This document shows, in pieces, positions 48,656 through 60,438 of a stretch of 64,000 bases of DNA (position 1 is the first letter of the stretch; the number at the start of each line of letters is the position of its first letter). The notes below the pieces were generated by a model. The model did no database searches, was not told where the DNA came from, and saw only the letters and a list, made by a program, of their open reading frames with translations. The stretch spans positions 254,138,001 through 254,202,000 of the forward strand of contig NC_091982.1 in NCBI RefSeq assembly GCF_044704955.1. Reading direction: 5' to 3'. Both the position numbers and the translations under genes were made by a program. This DNA comes from Pristiophorus japonicus. Its lineage: Eukaryota.

Positions 48656-50387
48656 GGCCGAGATTTTCTTTACCTTGGTGGTCCGGGGCAGGTGATGTCA
48701 GTGGCGGGTCCCGACCCCGCTGTTGGCTCCATCCCGCTTTGTAAAATGATTTTATGTTGATGGGGCTTGTTAAGTCTGCCCGGTGCATTTCCAATTAGAG
48801 GAAGTGGGTCTGGTGGCATCATTCATGACATGTCATCAACTGGTTTCCTTAAAGGGACCATGGCCAACTTTTTTTAAACAGTTGTGCTGTCAGTGTTCTA
48901 CAGCATTGAAGTGCTGCAAACACGGACATGACTGCACAATGGTGCACGGCTGCACCCAGGTTCTGTCATGACTCCCCCATACGTTTATGGAGGGGAGTCA
49001 CAGCACACAGGGAGGTTCTCTTCTCTGCCGGTGGGTGGAAGAGACCTCCCCAAGAGACCAACACAGCCTGGTTGCAAAATGCAGAGGTCGTCACAAGCAG
49101 GGATGTCTTCAGGAGGACCTGGGTGCAGTGGTGCAAACCTTTCAATGATCTCATTAGATTATGAAACGTTAGTACAAAGCCACACTTACCTTCATCCTGC
49201 TGTGCCTCTCATCACGTCCCCATCAATCTGCCTTCTCTATCCTGTTCCTGCACATCCTTACTCACACCAACTTTCCTTGTACCTCCACCCATGCCTCTCT
49301 CTCTATCTATATTATCACATCCCCATCTCATTAGCCACCCCTCACACTCACCCTCATCCTAATGCAATCATACCAAATAACACACTAGGGAGCCACTTGA
49401 GTCTTTTATCCAATGTTCATGTAAAGTTTCTGTTAATGTGCTGTCAAATATTGAAACCTTTATTTTCAACACTTTCCGTTCTTGGACAGATTTGTGTGCA
49501 CCTTGGGAAGTGACTTAGTGAGTTGCAGTGAATGGTGAGACATAATGGTATCCCCTCGCAATGGTGGTGAGTGCGAAACGAATGGCTTGAGCATTGTAGG
49601 GATGCTCTTGCGGTGTTGTTCTGGGGTGGTGCCAACCTGGTGCATCATGTGGGTGGGGGGTGTACAACGTCAAAAGAAGTAAACCTGGCCATGGTGAGGA
49701 CATCCCAGGCCTCCCAGGCTGCGATGTGGGTGCTGATGCCCTCTGTCCTGTGCAGCATCAGGTGATTGGGGAGAAGGCTGGTGTGCCTGATGCTGCTGGT
49801 GTTGGGGGGCTGATTGTGGGCGGATTCTGAGGACCAAGGTGAGACAGTATAAAAGCATCCATGTTGATGGAATAGATGGCAGGTGGAGTAGAGATGACAG
49901 AAATGGTGAGAGAGTTCTTCCAATGAGATAAGACTGGATGGAGAGTGGAAAGTGGAAAGCCTGCAGAATCTGTGCTGGAAATGGACTGAGAGACAGTTTG
50001 GGGCTGAGGAAAGTGATGATCTGTCAGGTGGGAGCTTTTACTGTACATTAGAAGCTTTCAAGTAATCAGCTGGAGCTATACCCACTGAACTCCCACCTCA
50101 GGTTGATAGCTGTGGTCTCTGAACAGCGTGGTTCCTGTGGCCATAAACTTAAAGTGAAAAGGTAAGTTAAAATAAGCCTGATCATGATCTGTCAACTAGA
50201 TGGTAATGAATTTAGTTGGGTTGCCTGAAGCTGCCTGTCGGGTCTGCTCAGCCCTGAGAGAGCCGGCATTGGGAAAGATGCGTTGCGGCGGTTTGACAGC
50301 GGGGTCCCAACCTGCTGTAAAAAAAAAAACACTTTCCCACCTGACCTGCCACTCATCCCACCCGCTACACCCCGGAAAGTTCTGGCC
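48656..50387 (+). mobile_element. Internally deleted Harbinger element with a Myb/SANT exon (48928-49164)
   Basis: AAPRFCHDS..VTAHREVLF..TNTAWLQNAEVV..RRTWVQWCKPFNDL; ends GGCCGAGATTTTC ... GAAAGTTCTGGCC. Confidence 0.72.
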
Positions 50388-51954
50388 GTAGATTTCAAAT
50401 GGAGTAACTCACTTCTCATTCAGTCCCAATTCCAATTGATTGATTCACTTCCATTGTACAGAATGTCAACTCTCCATTCTCTCTCTCGCGTACAATTTTA
50501 ATGGACCTGCGCATTTTCTATCTGTTCCCAGTGTACAGAATATCAATTGTCCTAGCCGCTTCTTATCTGTCTTCATTATATAACATACCAATCGATCAGC
50601 CGAGTTCCTATTTGCTCCATTTTATAGAAGCTCAGTGGATCAAACCAATTTCTTTGATTCCCATTTCTCAAAAAAAAAACTAAGAAGTACAAAATTCTGA
50701 ACAAAGCATAAAAGGTTTCAAAATTATCCTGTTGTTAAGGCACACCACACTAAATTAGTCAATTCACTATCTAATTGAACTAATTAGTTGCATAATTTGG
50801 AAATCTTAATTTTATTTGAATACAATAGCTGTTTTATGCTTGCATTTGTTTCTGTTAATTGCTGCCAATGGATTAAACAAGCCGCTTTTAACAATTGGTT
50901 GTTTTCATCTATGTTAATAGAAATCCTGATCTATGTATGATCTTAATACAAGTGCAACTTTTTTTTGACCATGCAGTTGAGCATTTATCTGAGCATGATT
51001 GTATTTCCATAAGAACCGGCTCTAATTTACAGTAATACTTAGCTCTATGGGCATTTAATTTGCTTTCATTTTGCAGAGACAATTAAATGCCTATGAAGCT
51101 GAAATAACTACTTCTGAATTATAATGCAGCCACAGTCCATTGGTTCTCAATAGCTCCTCCTCACATCATCCGTCCTAAGTTGCTCCCTATTTTGCTCCAG
51201 GGGATAGTTTCAGACAGACAAACGCTGACACTCTCATCAACATCCGAAAGTGTAGCAAAACAACAAAAGCCAACGGCAGTCTTTTAACTAACAGAACCGT
51301 GGCATTCTACATCATCTAAAGCTTCATGTTTGTGTTCCATTAAAAGCAATAGGAGATGAAGTATCCCTATGTATGTATGGGAGGCTCGAGTGGAGCATAA
51401 ACGCCGGCATGGACGGGTTGGGCCGAATGGCCTTTTTCTGTGCCGTATATCATATGTAACCCATGTAATGTGTGTGCATTATGGGAATTGTATTCACTGA
51501 ACCTCAAAGTCGTAATACAAATATGCTGATCTTTCAACCTATCAGTTGCTACTGAAAACAAGTAGGATGGCCACATTCTAGGGGAGCTCTTCAAATGTCA
51601 CAGTAGGAAATATTCACCATTTATAAAAAATGCCAGTCCCAGAAGCACAGTTGGCTGATGTAAAATAGTCTTTCAAAACTGAGGAATAGCGTACTTTTGC
51701 ACCACTTGCCAACATTGGGTCCCTGCAGGGCAGATGTCAATTGATGCTAAATTATAGATAGCCAAATGTTGTGGATTCACGCCTATGGGTAAGAGTGATC
51801 AAATTCATTTCACATGGAACCTTACAGCCAGCAAGAGCAGTGGGTCTTTTTTTTCTGAGCTGGATTACCTCGTCAGCCATTTTTCTGAGCTGGATTACCT
51901 CTTGAGCCAGCACAACATTTACAAATAATTAACAATGTTTTAAAAGAGCATTGT

Positions 51955-52141
51955 AACCTGAAATTCCGTGGAGGTTCTCCACATCTCGTGCCACACCTTC
52001 AGCGAGAAGCCGGTAGAACTCCCAGAGCAACAGTGTAAATAGCTGGAAACAACAATTTACACCATTTCTCTGGGAGTTCTGCCAGTAACCCATCAAAGTT
52101 ATGGTGCAAGTCCAAGAGAAACCCCATGGAATTTCAAGGCC
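51955..52141. repeat. ~185-bp imperfect foldback (palindromic MITE)
   Basis: Outer arms CCTGAAATTCCGTGG / CCATGGAATTTCAAGG; inner arms GGTAGAACTCCCAGAG..GTGTAAAT / ATTTACAC..CTCTGGGAGTTCTGCC. Confidence 0.75.
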
Positions 52142-52177
52142 ATTTTATTTAATATTTCTGTAACTAGATTTTAGACG

Positions 52178-54605
52178 CCTCCGGGAACATAAAAACTGAC
52201 TGCAAAAGCTTCTATAGATATGTGAAGAGAAAAAGATTAGTGAGGACAAACGTAGGTCCCTTGCAGTCAGATTCAGGTGAATTTATAATGGGGAACAAAT
52301 GACAGACCAATTGAACAAATACTTTGGTTCTGTCTTCATGAAGGAAGACACAAATAACCTTCCGGATGTACTAGGGGACTGCGGGTCTAGTGAGAAAGAG
52401 GAACTAAAGGATATCCTTATTAGATGGGAAATTGTATTTGGGAAATTGATGGGATTGAAGGCCGATAAATCCCCAGGGCCTGATAGTCTGTATCCCAGAG
52501 TACTTAAGGAAGTGGCCCTAGAAATAGTGGATGCATTGGTGATCATTTTCCAACAGCCTATCGACTCTGGATCAGTTCCTATGGACTGGAGGGTAGCTAA
52601 TGTAACACAACTTTTTAAAAAGGGAGGGATAGAGAAAACAGGTAATTATAGGCCAGTTAGCCTGACATCAGTAGTGGGGAAAATGTTGGAATCAATTATT
52701 AAGGATGAAATAGCAGTGCATTTGGAAAGCAGTGACAGGTTCAGTCCAAGTCAGCATGGATTTATGAAGGGGAAATCATGCTTGACAAATCTTCCGGAAT
52801 TTTTTGAGGATGTAACTAGTAGAGTGGACAAGGGAGAACCAGTGTATGTGGTGTATTTGGACTTTCAAAAGGCTTTTGACAAGGTCCCACACAAGAGATT
52901 GGTGTACAAAATCAAAGCACATGGTATTGGGGGTAATATACTGACGTGGATAGAGAACTGGTTGGCAGACAGGAAGCAGAGAGTCGGTATAAACGGGTCC
53001 TTTTCAGAATGGCAGGCAGTGACTAGTGGGGTGCCGCAGGGCTCAGTGATGGGACCCCAGCTCTTTACAATATACGTTAATGATTTAGATGAAGGAATTG
53101 AGTGTAATATCTCCAAGTTTGCAGATGACACTAAACTGGGTGGCGGTGTGAGCTGTGAGGAGGACGCTAAGAGGCTGTAGGGTGACTTAGACAAGTTAGG
53201 TGAGTGGGCAAATGAAGTATAATGTGGATAAATGTGAGGTTATCCAATTTGGTGGCAAAAACACGAAGGCAGAATATTATCTGAATGGCGGCAGATTAGG
53301 AAAAGGGGAGGTGCAACGAGACCTGGGTGTCATGGTACATCAGTCATTGAAAGTTGACATGCAGGTACAGCAGGCGGTGAAGAAGGCAAATGGTATGTTG
53401 GCCTTCATAGCTAGGGGATTTGAGTATAGGAGCAGGGAGGTCTTACTGCAGTTGTACAGGGCCTTGGTGAGGCCTCAACGGAATATTGTGTTCAATTTTG
53501 GTCTCCTAATCTGAGGAAGGACGTTCTTGCTACTGAGGGAGTGCAGTGAAGGTTCACCAGACTGATTCCCGGGATGGCTGGACTGATATATGAGGAGAGA
53601 CTGGATCAACTGGGCCTTTACTTTACCAGTTTTGGTCACCTTACTTAAGGAAGGATATACTAGCCTTGGAGGGGGTACAGAGACGATTCACTAGGCTGAT
53701 TCCGAAGATGAGGGGGTTACCTTATGATGATAGATTGAGTAGACTGGGTCTTTACTCGTGGAGTTCAGAAGGATGAGGGATGATCTTATAGAAACATTTA
53801 AAATAATGAAAGGGATAGACAAGATAGAGGCAGAGAGGTTGTTTCCACTGGTCGGGGAGACTAGAACTAGGGGGCACAGCCTCAAAATACGGGGGAGCCC
53901 ATTTAAAACCGAGTTGAGAAGGAATTTCTTCTCCCAGAGGGTTGTGAATCTGTGGAATTCTCTGCCCAAGGAAGCAGTTGAGGCTAGCTCATTGAATGTA
54001 TTCAAATCACAGATAGATAGTTTTTTAACCAATAAGGGAATTAAGGGTTACGGGGAGCGGGCGGGTAAGTGGAGCTGAGTCCACGGCCAGATCAGCCATG
54101 ATCTTTTTGAATGGCGGAGCAGGCTCGAGAGGGTAGATGGCCTACTCCTGTTCCTAATTCTTATGTTCTTATGTTCTTATGTTTATACACTGGAGTTTAG
54201 AAGGATGAGAGGGGATCTCATAGCTAACATATAAGATTCTGACGGGACTGAACAAGTTAGATGCGGGAAGAATGTCCCCGATGTTGGGGAAGTCCAGAAC
54301 CAGGGGACACAGTCTTAGGATAAGGAGTAGGCCATTTAGGACTGAGATGAGGAGAAACTTCTTCACTCAGAGAGTTGTTAACCTGTGGAATTCCCTGCCG
54401 CAGAGAGTTGTTGATGCCAGTTCATTGGATATATTCAAGAGGGAGTTAGATGTGGCCCTTACGGCTAAAGGGATCAAGGGGTATGGAGAGAAAGCAGGAA
54501 AGTGGTACTGAGGGAATGATCAGCCATGATCTTATTGAATGGTGGTGCAGGCTTGAAGGGCCGAATGGTCTACTCCTGCACCTATTTTCTATGTTTCTAT
54601 GTTTT
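52178..54605 (+). mobile_element. CR1 LINE (RT to 3' tail) with a nested CR1
   Basis: ORF 52299..53180 has the full RT motif set including FADDTKL, followed by a TTTCTATG tail. Confidence 0.95.
53621..54181 (+). mobile_element. CR1 of a different subfamily (TTCTTATG tail) nested in CR1
   Basis: The host sequence CTGGGCCTTTA|TACACTGGAG is split, with TTTA duplicated at 53617-53620 and 54182-54185. Confidence 0.9.
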
Positions 54606-56286
54606 CTTTCCCTTTTAGGTATTTGTATCACATATTATTGCAAAAGGGCAGATGGCTGCCTTGTGCTTAAGACTGTACTGCTATGGATCAAGATGATTTG
54701 CCATCTGCTTTTCATCTTTGGGAAAGAGAACCTCATGTTTAATTAGTGCCTGCTCCTCTCTCTGTGAGCCCAGCTCAAGTCGTGAAGTGACAGTCTGGGG
54801 AAATAATCGGTATAAGTCCCCATCACACCACTCTGTGGCACAATGTGATTGGTCTCCTTTACTAGCTGAATTTGAAAATCAATAACACATTAATTTAAAA
54901 AAATGTAACTGGAGGAAAAACACGTCAATATGTGAAATGCTTGCAAATGGATCTTGAAAGATAAATTTACTAATCAACAACCATTGAAAGAAAACCATTT
55001 GCATTAGATACGCACCGGTCACAGGCATTCACTGTCTACATTTCTTTTTTTCCAAAGTGTCATGTAATCATAAGGAGAGTTGTTCCTCTGAAATCAAACC
55101 ACATTGCCTTGGAGTATTTTTAAGCTAAGTTCCTTTAACACGCAGAAATCCAAACCTTAAAAAAAAATAAAACCTTCTTCGGAGAGCCTGAAAACCACTA
55201 GGAAATGTGAAAAACTGAGACAAATTTGCAATAAATTCTGTTCAAGGAGGTTCAAAAAGATCAGTGTTGAGCTATAAAGACCAAATGCTTTACTCTGTTA
55301 TGTTCATTAGCACTAATTGTATAAATTAAATCACATAATTATGCACCATGATTTCACATGTAAAGATTGAATCTCACCATTCAATAGCCATTAGAAACCA
55401 ATTCTAAGGAATGATGATAAACTTGATGCTTTTACTTTTGCTGTTTATTTGTGCATTTAAAAAAAAATCTTATTGGTGATGGTTGATGATATCACTGGGG
55501 GAAATGACTTGGAGGGGGTACTGGATCTTTGTGTGGGGCACTTGAACCAGTATCAATAAGGACGCAATCTAAGGGGTGCTCCAGCAACCATGGAATTTCT
55601 GTTCATTATTGGTGTCTGTGTTGGGGGTTCTGCTCCCTCTCATGATTATGCATTTGACAAACAGCCAATCCTAAATTGCGTCATCAGGGGAGCTGCCGAG
55701 ATGGGGGGTGTGATATATTTTTTAATGGAGGAAATGTGAATCAGAAGACAGATCACCTTGACCCGAAAACAGGCCCAGTCAAATCTTTATCCCGACATCT
55801 TTATAGATCTGAAAACAGCTGGAGTTTCAATTTGTCTTGGCCAGTAGCACAAAACAGGCAATAGTAAATCGGCACTCCATCCAATTTTCTTTTCCATTGG
55901 AAATCCTTGCATTATTTGCTCCTTTCTGAAAAAAATTATTGAATAGAGTGCAAATGCCACCCAATACAGACTTATACCCCAGCTATATCAAATACCAGAG
56001 GACCTCTTTTGACACCGACAAGTGCTGGGACTGTAGGCATACAAAAACGGTTTCAAACCCTACATTTATGCAAGTATAATTAGCTGAATAAAGTTTAAAT
56101 CTCCATGACTGCAAAAGGCAAAGAAATGATTGAAATTGCCTCCAGTATGGAATTCTATGACTCATTGGATTCCTGATTCATACACTATCCATTAGGCCAT
56201 AAGCTTGCTGTTCTATTTCATCACATCATTCATTATTTAATAGACAAACTGCGCAACTGTAACATGAAAGGTAAGATTGGAGTGAA

Positions 56287-56377
56287 AACACAAAATGCTG
56301 GAGATACTCAGCAGTTCAGGCAGCACCTCTGGAGAGAGAAACAGAGTTAACGTTTCAGGTTGATGACCTTTCATCAG
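56287..56377 (-). ncRNA. Penelope-like pLTR fragment carrying a minimal hammerhead ribozyme core
   Basis: The minus strand reads CTGATGA-A-AGGT-catca-ACCT-GAAAC-GTT-AACTCTG. It is flanked by the 13-bp direct repeat AGATTGGAGTGAA (56274-56286 and 56376-56388). Confidence 0.72.
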
Positions 56378-56401
56378 ATTGGAGTGAATGGTTGATGTTA
56401 T

Positions 56402-57530
56402 ATAAGAACATAAGAAATAGGAGCAGGAGTAGGCCATACGGCCCCTCGAGCCTGCTCCGCCATTCAATAAGATCATGGCTGATCTGATCATGGACTCAGC
56501 TCCACTTCCCCGCCCGCTCCCCATAACCCCTTATCCCCTTATCGTTTAAGAAACTGTCTGTTTCTGTCTCAAATGTACTCAATGTCCCAGCTTCCACAGC
56601 TCTCTGAGGCAGCGAATTCCACAGATTTACAACCCTCTGAGAGAAGAAATTTCTTCTCATCTCTGTTTTAAATGGGCTGACCCTTATTCTAAGATTATGC
56701 CCTCTAGTTCTAGTCTCCCCTATCAGTGGAAACATCCTCTCTGCATCCACCTTGTCAAGCCCCCTCATAATCTTATACGTTTCGATAAGATCACCTCTCA
56801 TTCTTCTGAATTCCAATGAGTAGAGGCCCAATCTACTCAACCTTTCCTCATAAGTCAATCCCCTCAGCTCCAGAATCAACCTAGTGAACCTTCTCTGAAC
56901 TGCCTCCAAAGCAAGTATATCCTTTCGTAAAAATGGAAACCAAAACTGCACGCAGTATTCCATGTGTGGCCTCACCAATACCTTATATAACTGTAGCAAG
57001 ATTTACCTGCTTTTATACTCCACCCCCTTTGCAATAAAGGCCAAGTTACCATTGGCTTTCCTGATCACTTGCAGTACCTGCATATTATTCTTTTGTATTT
57101 CATGCACAAGTATCCCCAGGTCTTGCTGTACTGCAGCACTTTGCAATCTTTCTCCATTTAAATAATAACTTGCTCTTTGATTTTTTTCTGCCAAAGTTCA
57201 TGACCTCACACTTTCCAACATCATATTCCATCTGCCAAATTTTCACCCACTCACTTAGCCTGTCTAAGTCCTTTTGCAGATTTGTTGTAATCTCCTCACA
57301 CATTGCTTTTCCTCCCATCTTTGTATCGTCAGCAAACTTGGCTACGTTACACTCAGTCCCTTCTTCCAAGTCGTTAATATAGATTGTAAATAGTTGGGGT
57401 CCCAGCACTGATCCCTGCGGCACCCCACTAGTTACTGGTTGCCAACCAAAGAATGAACCATTTATCCCGACTCTCTGTTTTCTGTTAGTTAGTCAATCCT
57501 CTATCCATGCTAATATTTTACCCCCAACCC
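56402..57530 (-). mobile_element. CR1 LINE, 5'-truncated (TTCTTATG subfamily)
   Basis: PQGSVLGPQLF..FADDTKMGG, LVRPHMEYCVQFW and the tail. Confidence 0.95.
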
Positions 57531-57872
57531 TATCCTAGTAACATTACCCCAAACCAGTACTATTACCCCACCCAACAACATTAACCTAGCCTAGTAACAT
57601 TACTCCAACCTAGTAACATTAACCCAGCCTTGTAACATTAAACCAGCCTAGTAACATTCCCCAAACCAGTATCATTACCCCAACCCCAGTAGCATTAACC
57701 CAGCCTAGTAACATTACCCAACCCAGTAACGTTAGCCCAACCCAGTAACATTACCCCAACCCAGTAACATTAACCCGGTAAAATTACCCCAACCCAGGAA
57801 CATTACCCCCGCATGTTAACATTATCCCAACCCAGTAACATTACCCCAACCCACTAACATTAACTCAGCCTA
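57531..57872. repeat. Minisatellite, ~18-19-bp unit CCCAACCCAGTAACATTA(C), ~18 copies
   Basis: Directly visible tandem AGTAACATTACCCCAACCC variants. Confidence 0.92.
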
Positions 57873-58753
57873 GAACGTGTTGTGTGCAGAGGTTTCTAAA
57901 ACAATGCTGGGTTTGAAATTGTTTGCCTCCTTTCTGTTTGGCGACAGAACATTCCAGAATACATTTCCCTTCAGAAACAATGGGGTATAAAATAGTCTTG
58001 GGCAGCAACTCACAATGGGCGATAGGAAAATGGGATGTTCCCAAATGCCTGCTCGTGCTGCTTTCTGTTTAGCCACTAGGGAGGTTGGTGTTGGCATGCT
58101 CTCAGATTTTCCCTGTTGCAATGCGCTCAATGTTAGCAATAGCTCCTTGAACTATTTTCTCGCCTTGTGCCATTAGTCAAAAGAACAGTACACATGGAAA
58201 GGAAGAATTGCCCAAACCCTCATTTTATGAGAAGGTTGCAGTACCTGTGGCAGAGGCTGTGGTGGTGCTGAGGAGAATCAGCATACTCACTGAGAGATGT
58301 GGTTATGATAGTTGGCAGTGAGGTAAACTGTGGTAACCACCGGAAGGTAGTGGTAGCTTAGGAAGCAGTGTCATGAGAATCTGACTAGCCACCTGGGAGT
58401 GCTATTGAAAAATTCTGCTCTCTGACCAAAATAGAAGCAGCTGTTCATCCAGTGAAGAATTTTCAGTCAAGGATTGTCAGGGTTCCCAAAAACAAATGCA
58501 TTTGTTGTGTGCAAGGTTTTGAATAATTGTGGTAAGACTTCAGCAACAATGTCTATTAAGGTGGTGACAGCCCCAAGCCACAAAACATTATTTTGTCCTC
58601 CACACATTTTACTTGGTTAATGGTTTCCGACAGTGAGGTTTTCACAGGAATGGAAACCACACAGAACCACATTCGAGAATATTGCTATTAATCATAGAAT
58701 CATATAGCCTATCATGCCTGTGCCGGTTCTTTGAAACAAGTTAAAAACCCTAT

Positions 58754-59394
58754 GGGCTAGGATTTCCCAAAAATCCTCCATCACCGGATTGCCACCCAAA
58801 ATAACTCTAAGATTCTCAAATTATTGCCGGCAAAAAAATTCCATTTAAAAAAAAAAAGAAAAAAATTCGCCCAGCGAAAAACAATGGACCTTACACACCG
58901 ATTCTTGGCGGAAAATGGAATCTTGGGTCGATTGGGTGGTTCTTTAAAAAAAATGGGCGATAATTGCTAAAATTTATACCGAGGCTGCGGGTTGGGCCCG
59001 GGAGGAAAGAAACACAAAAAATATTTTTTCAAAAAACGTAAATTAAAAAAAATCAGAAAAACATTCTCAGGACCCTTTTCACTTTAATCACTGCAAGAGA
59101 ACTTTAAAATAATTAGTAAAAACCCATTTACTTACGTTTTTTTTTGGCAGGGTTACTTACCCTAACGCTCAGCACTGCCCAGCTCCGCTGCTTCTCGTGC
59201 GGCGTTTATTTCTCAACTTGCTTCCAGGTCACCGCTGAGCTAAAAATCAGGCGATGGCGGTCTACGGACAGTGCACGCCGGCAGTCCACTTCCCAGCAGT
59301 ATTTCGAAACCGCCGACGTGGAAATTTTCGCCCACCCGGTTCTCGCCCAAACGACCAATACCTCCGAGAAACCGGGCAATGGAAATTCTAGCCC
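58754..59394. mobile_element. Harbinger-like MITE
   Basis: TIRs GGGCTAGGATTTCC and (reverse complement) GGGCTAGAATTTCC. Confidence 0.82.
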
Positions 59395-59417
59395 TTAGTC
59401 ACCGATGAAACATACAC

Positions 59418-60187
59418 AGGGCTAGAAATTCTGTTGCGCCCCGTTTGGGGCGATAATTTTTAAAATCTGAGAAAAGTGTTGCCAGGCGCTAATCCTTTTT
59501 TGATCCCGGGAACTTCAGCTTTAATGCTCCAAGAGGGAAGTAAGAGCGCTAACTCAAGCTCTAACCACTTCTCTTGGGGCGCTAAAGTGCGTGAGCGGGG
59601 CAGTAGCGGCAGAGCGCTGAACAATGTGCGGTGCTGTGCTAACGGCATCAAAGGCTGCTTCCCTCTCTTAAAGGGAAGGGCCAGTGATGGTTTGCAACAT
59701 TCTTCTTCACAGTTCCGTGGGGCCAGGGGACCTGCGCGACTTCAATTACAGCCCCAGAGAGTGGAGGGCTTGGCCGTTGCGTAGCAGTGATGCCTCAAAA
59801 AATTTCAGCAGGCAAGGCATCAGACTGGTGCATGAATAATGTTTGGCCTACCTGACCACCGCTGCCTTTAATTAGCACTCCGCAAGCGGCCAGCCGAAGT
59901 TGACAACGCCTCCTCTTCCTGCCGTTGTTCACGCACGGCAATACGGCAGGGGACGGGAGCGAATTTCACAATCCGGGGCGGTAACGGGGCGCTGCGCATT
60001 TGATGATGTCACGGTCTACGGGGTGCTAGAGACCGAGGCTGTAAGTGTTAGCGCCACCTCAAAACCGTCGGGGAAGTTCGCGGGCATCGCTGAATTTGTC
60101 GCGCCCGGTTGGTAAACCCTTAGCGTCCCGTTACCGCCCCCCCCCGCAGGCGTTAACAGGAGGCACAAAGCAGCCAAATTCCTCCCC
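59418..60187. mobile_element. GC-rich Harbinger-like MITE inserted in a CR1-type tail
   Basis: Ends AGGGCTAGAAATT ... AATTCCTCCCC, with CAC duplicated at 59415-59417 and 60188-60190. Confidence 0.78.
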
Positions 60188-60438
60188 CACAGAATTTACA
60201 GCACAGAAACAGGCTATTCGGTCCAACAAGTCTATGCCAGCGTTTAGTGCGAGCTAGGGGGCCCTCCATAATCGCAAGCCCCCTCCCACCTTACTTCATC
60301 TCACCATATCACCAGATCCTTCTATTCCTTTCTCCCACATGTACTAATCTAGCTTCCCCTTAAATGGATCTGCGCTAGTGACCGCAACCACTCCACGGAG
60401 CAGAGAGTTCCACATTCTCACCACTCTCTGAGTAAAGA
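60188..60438 (-). mobile_element. CR1-derived 3' tail fragment; related copies at 51375-51465 (+) and 61195-61355 (+)
   Basis: AGAATTTACAGCACAGAAACAGGCTATTCGG..CACATTCTCACCACTCTCTGAGTAAAGAA. Confidence 0.75.

Noticed and set aside
51061-51125. Possible host exon after TTTTGCAG (RQLNAYEAEITTSEL*); similar short frames at 4490-4620 and 45850-45950
   Set aside because: No recognisable homology or consistent donor sites; cannot be supported without RNA-seq.
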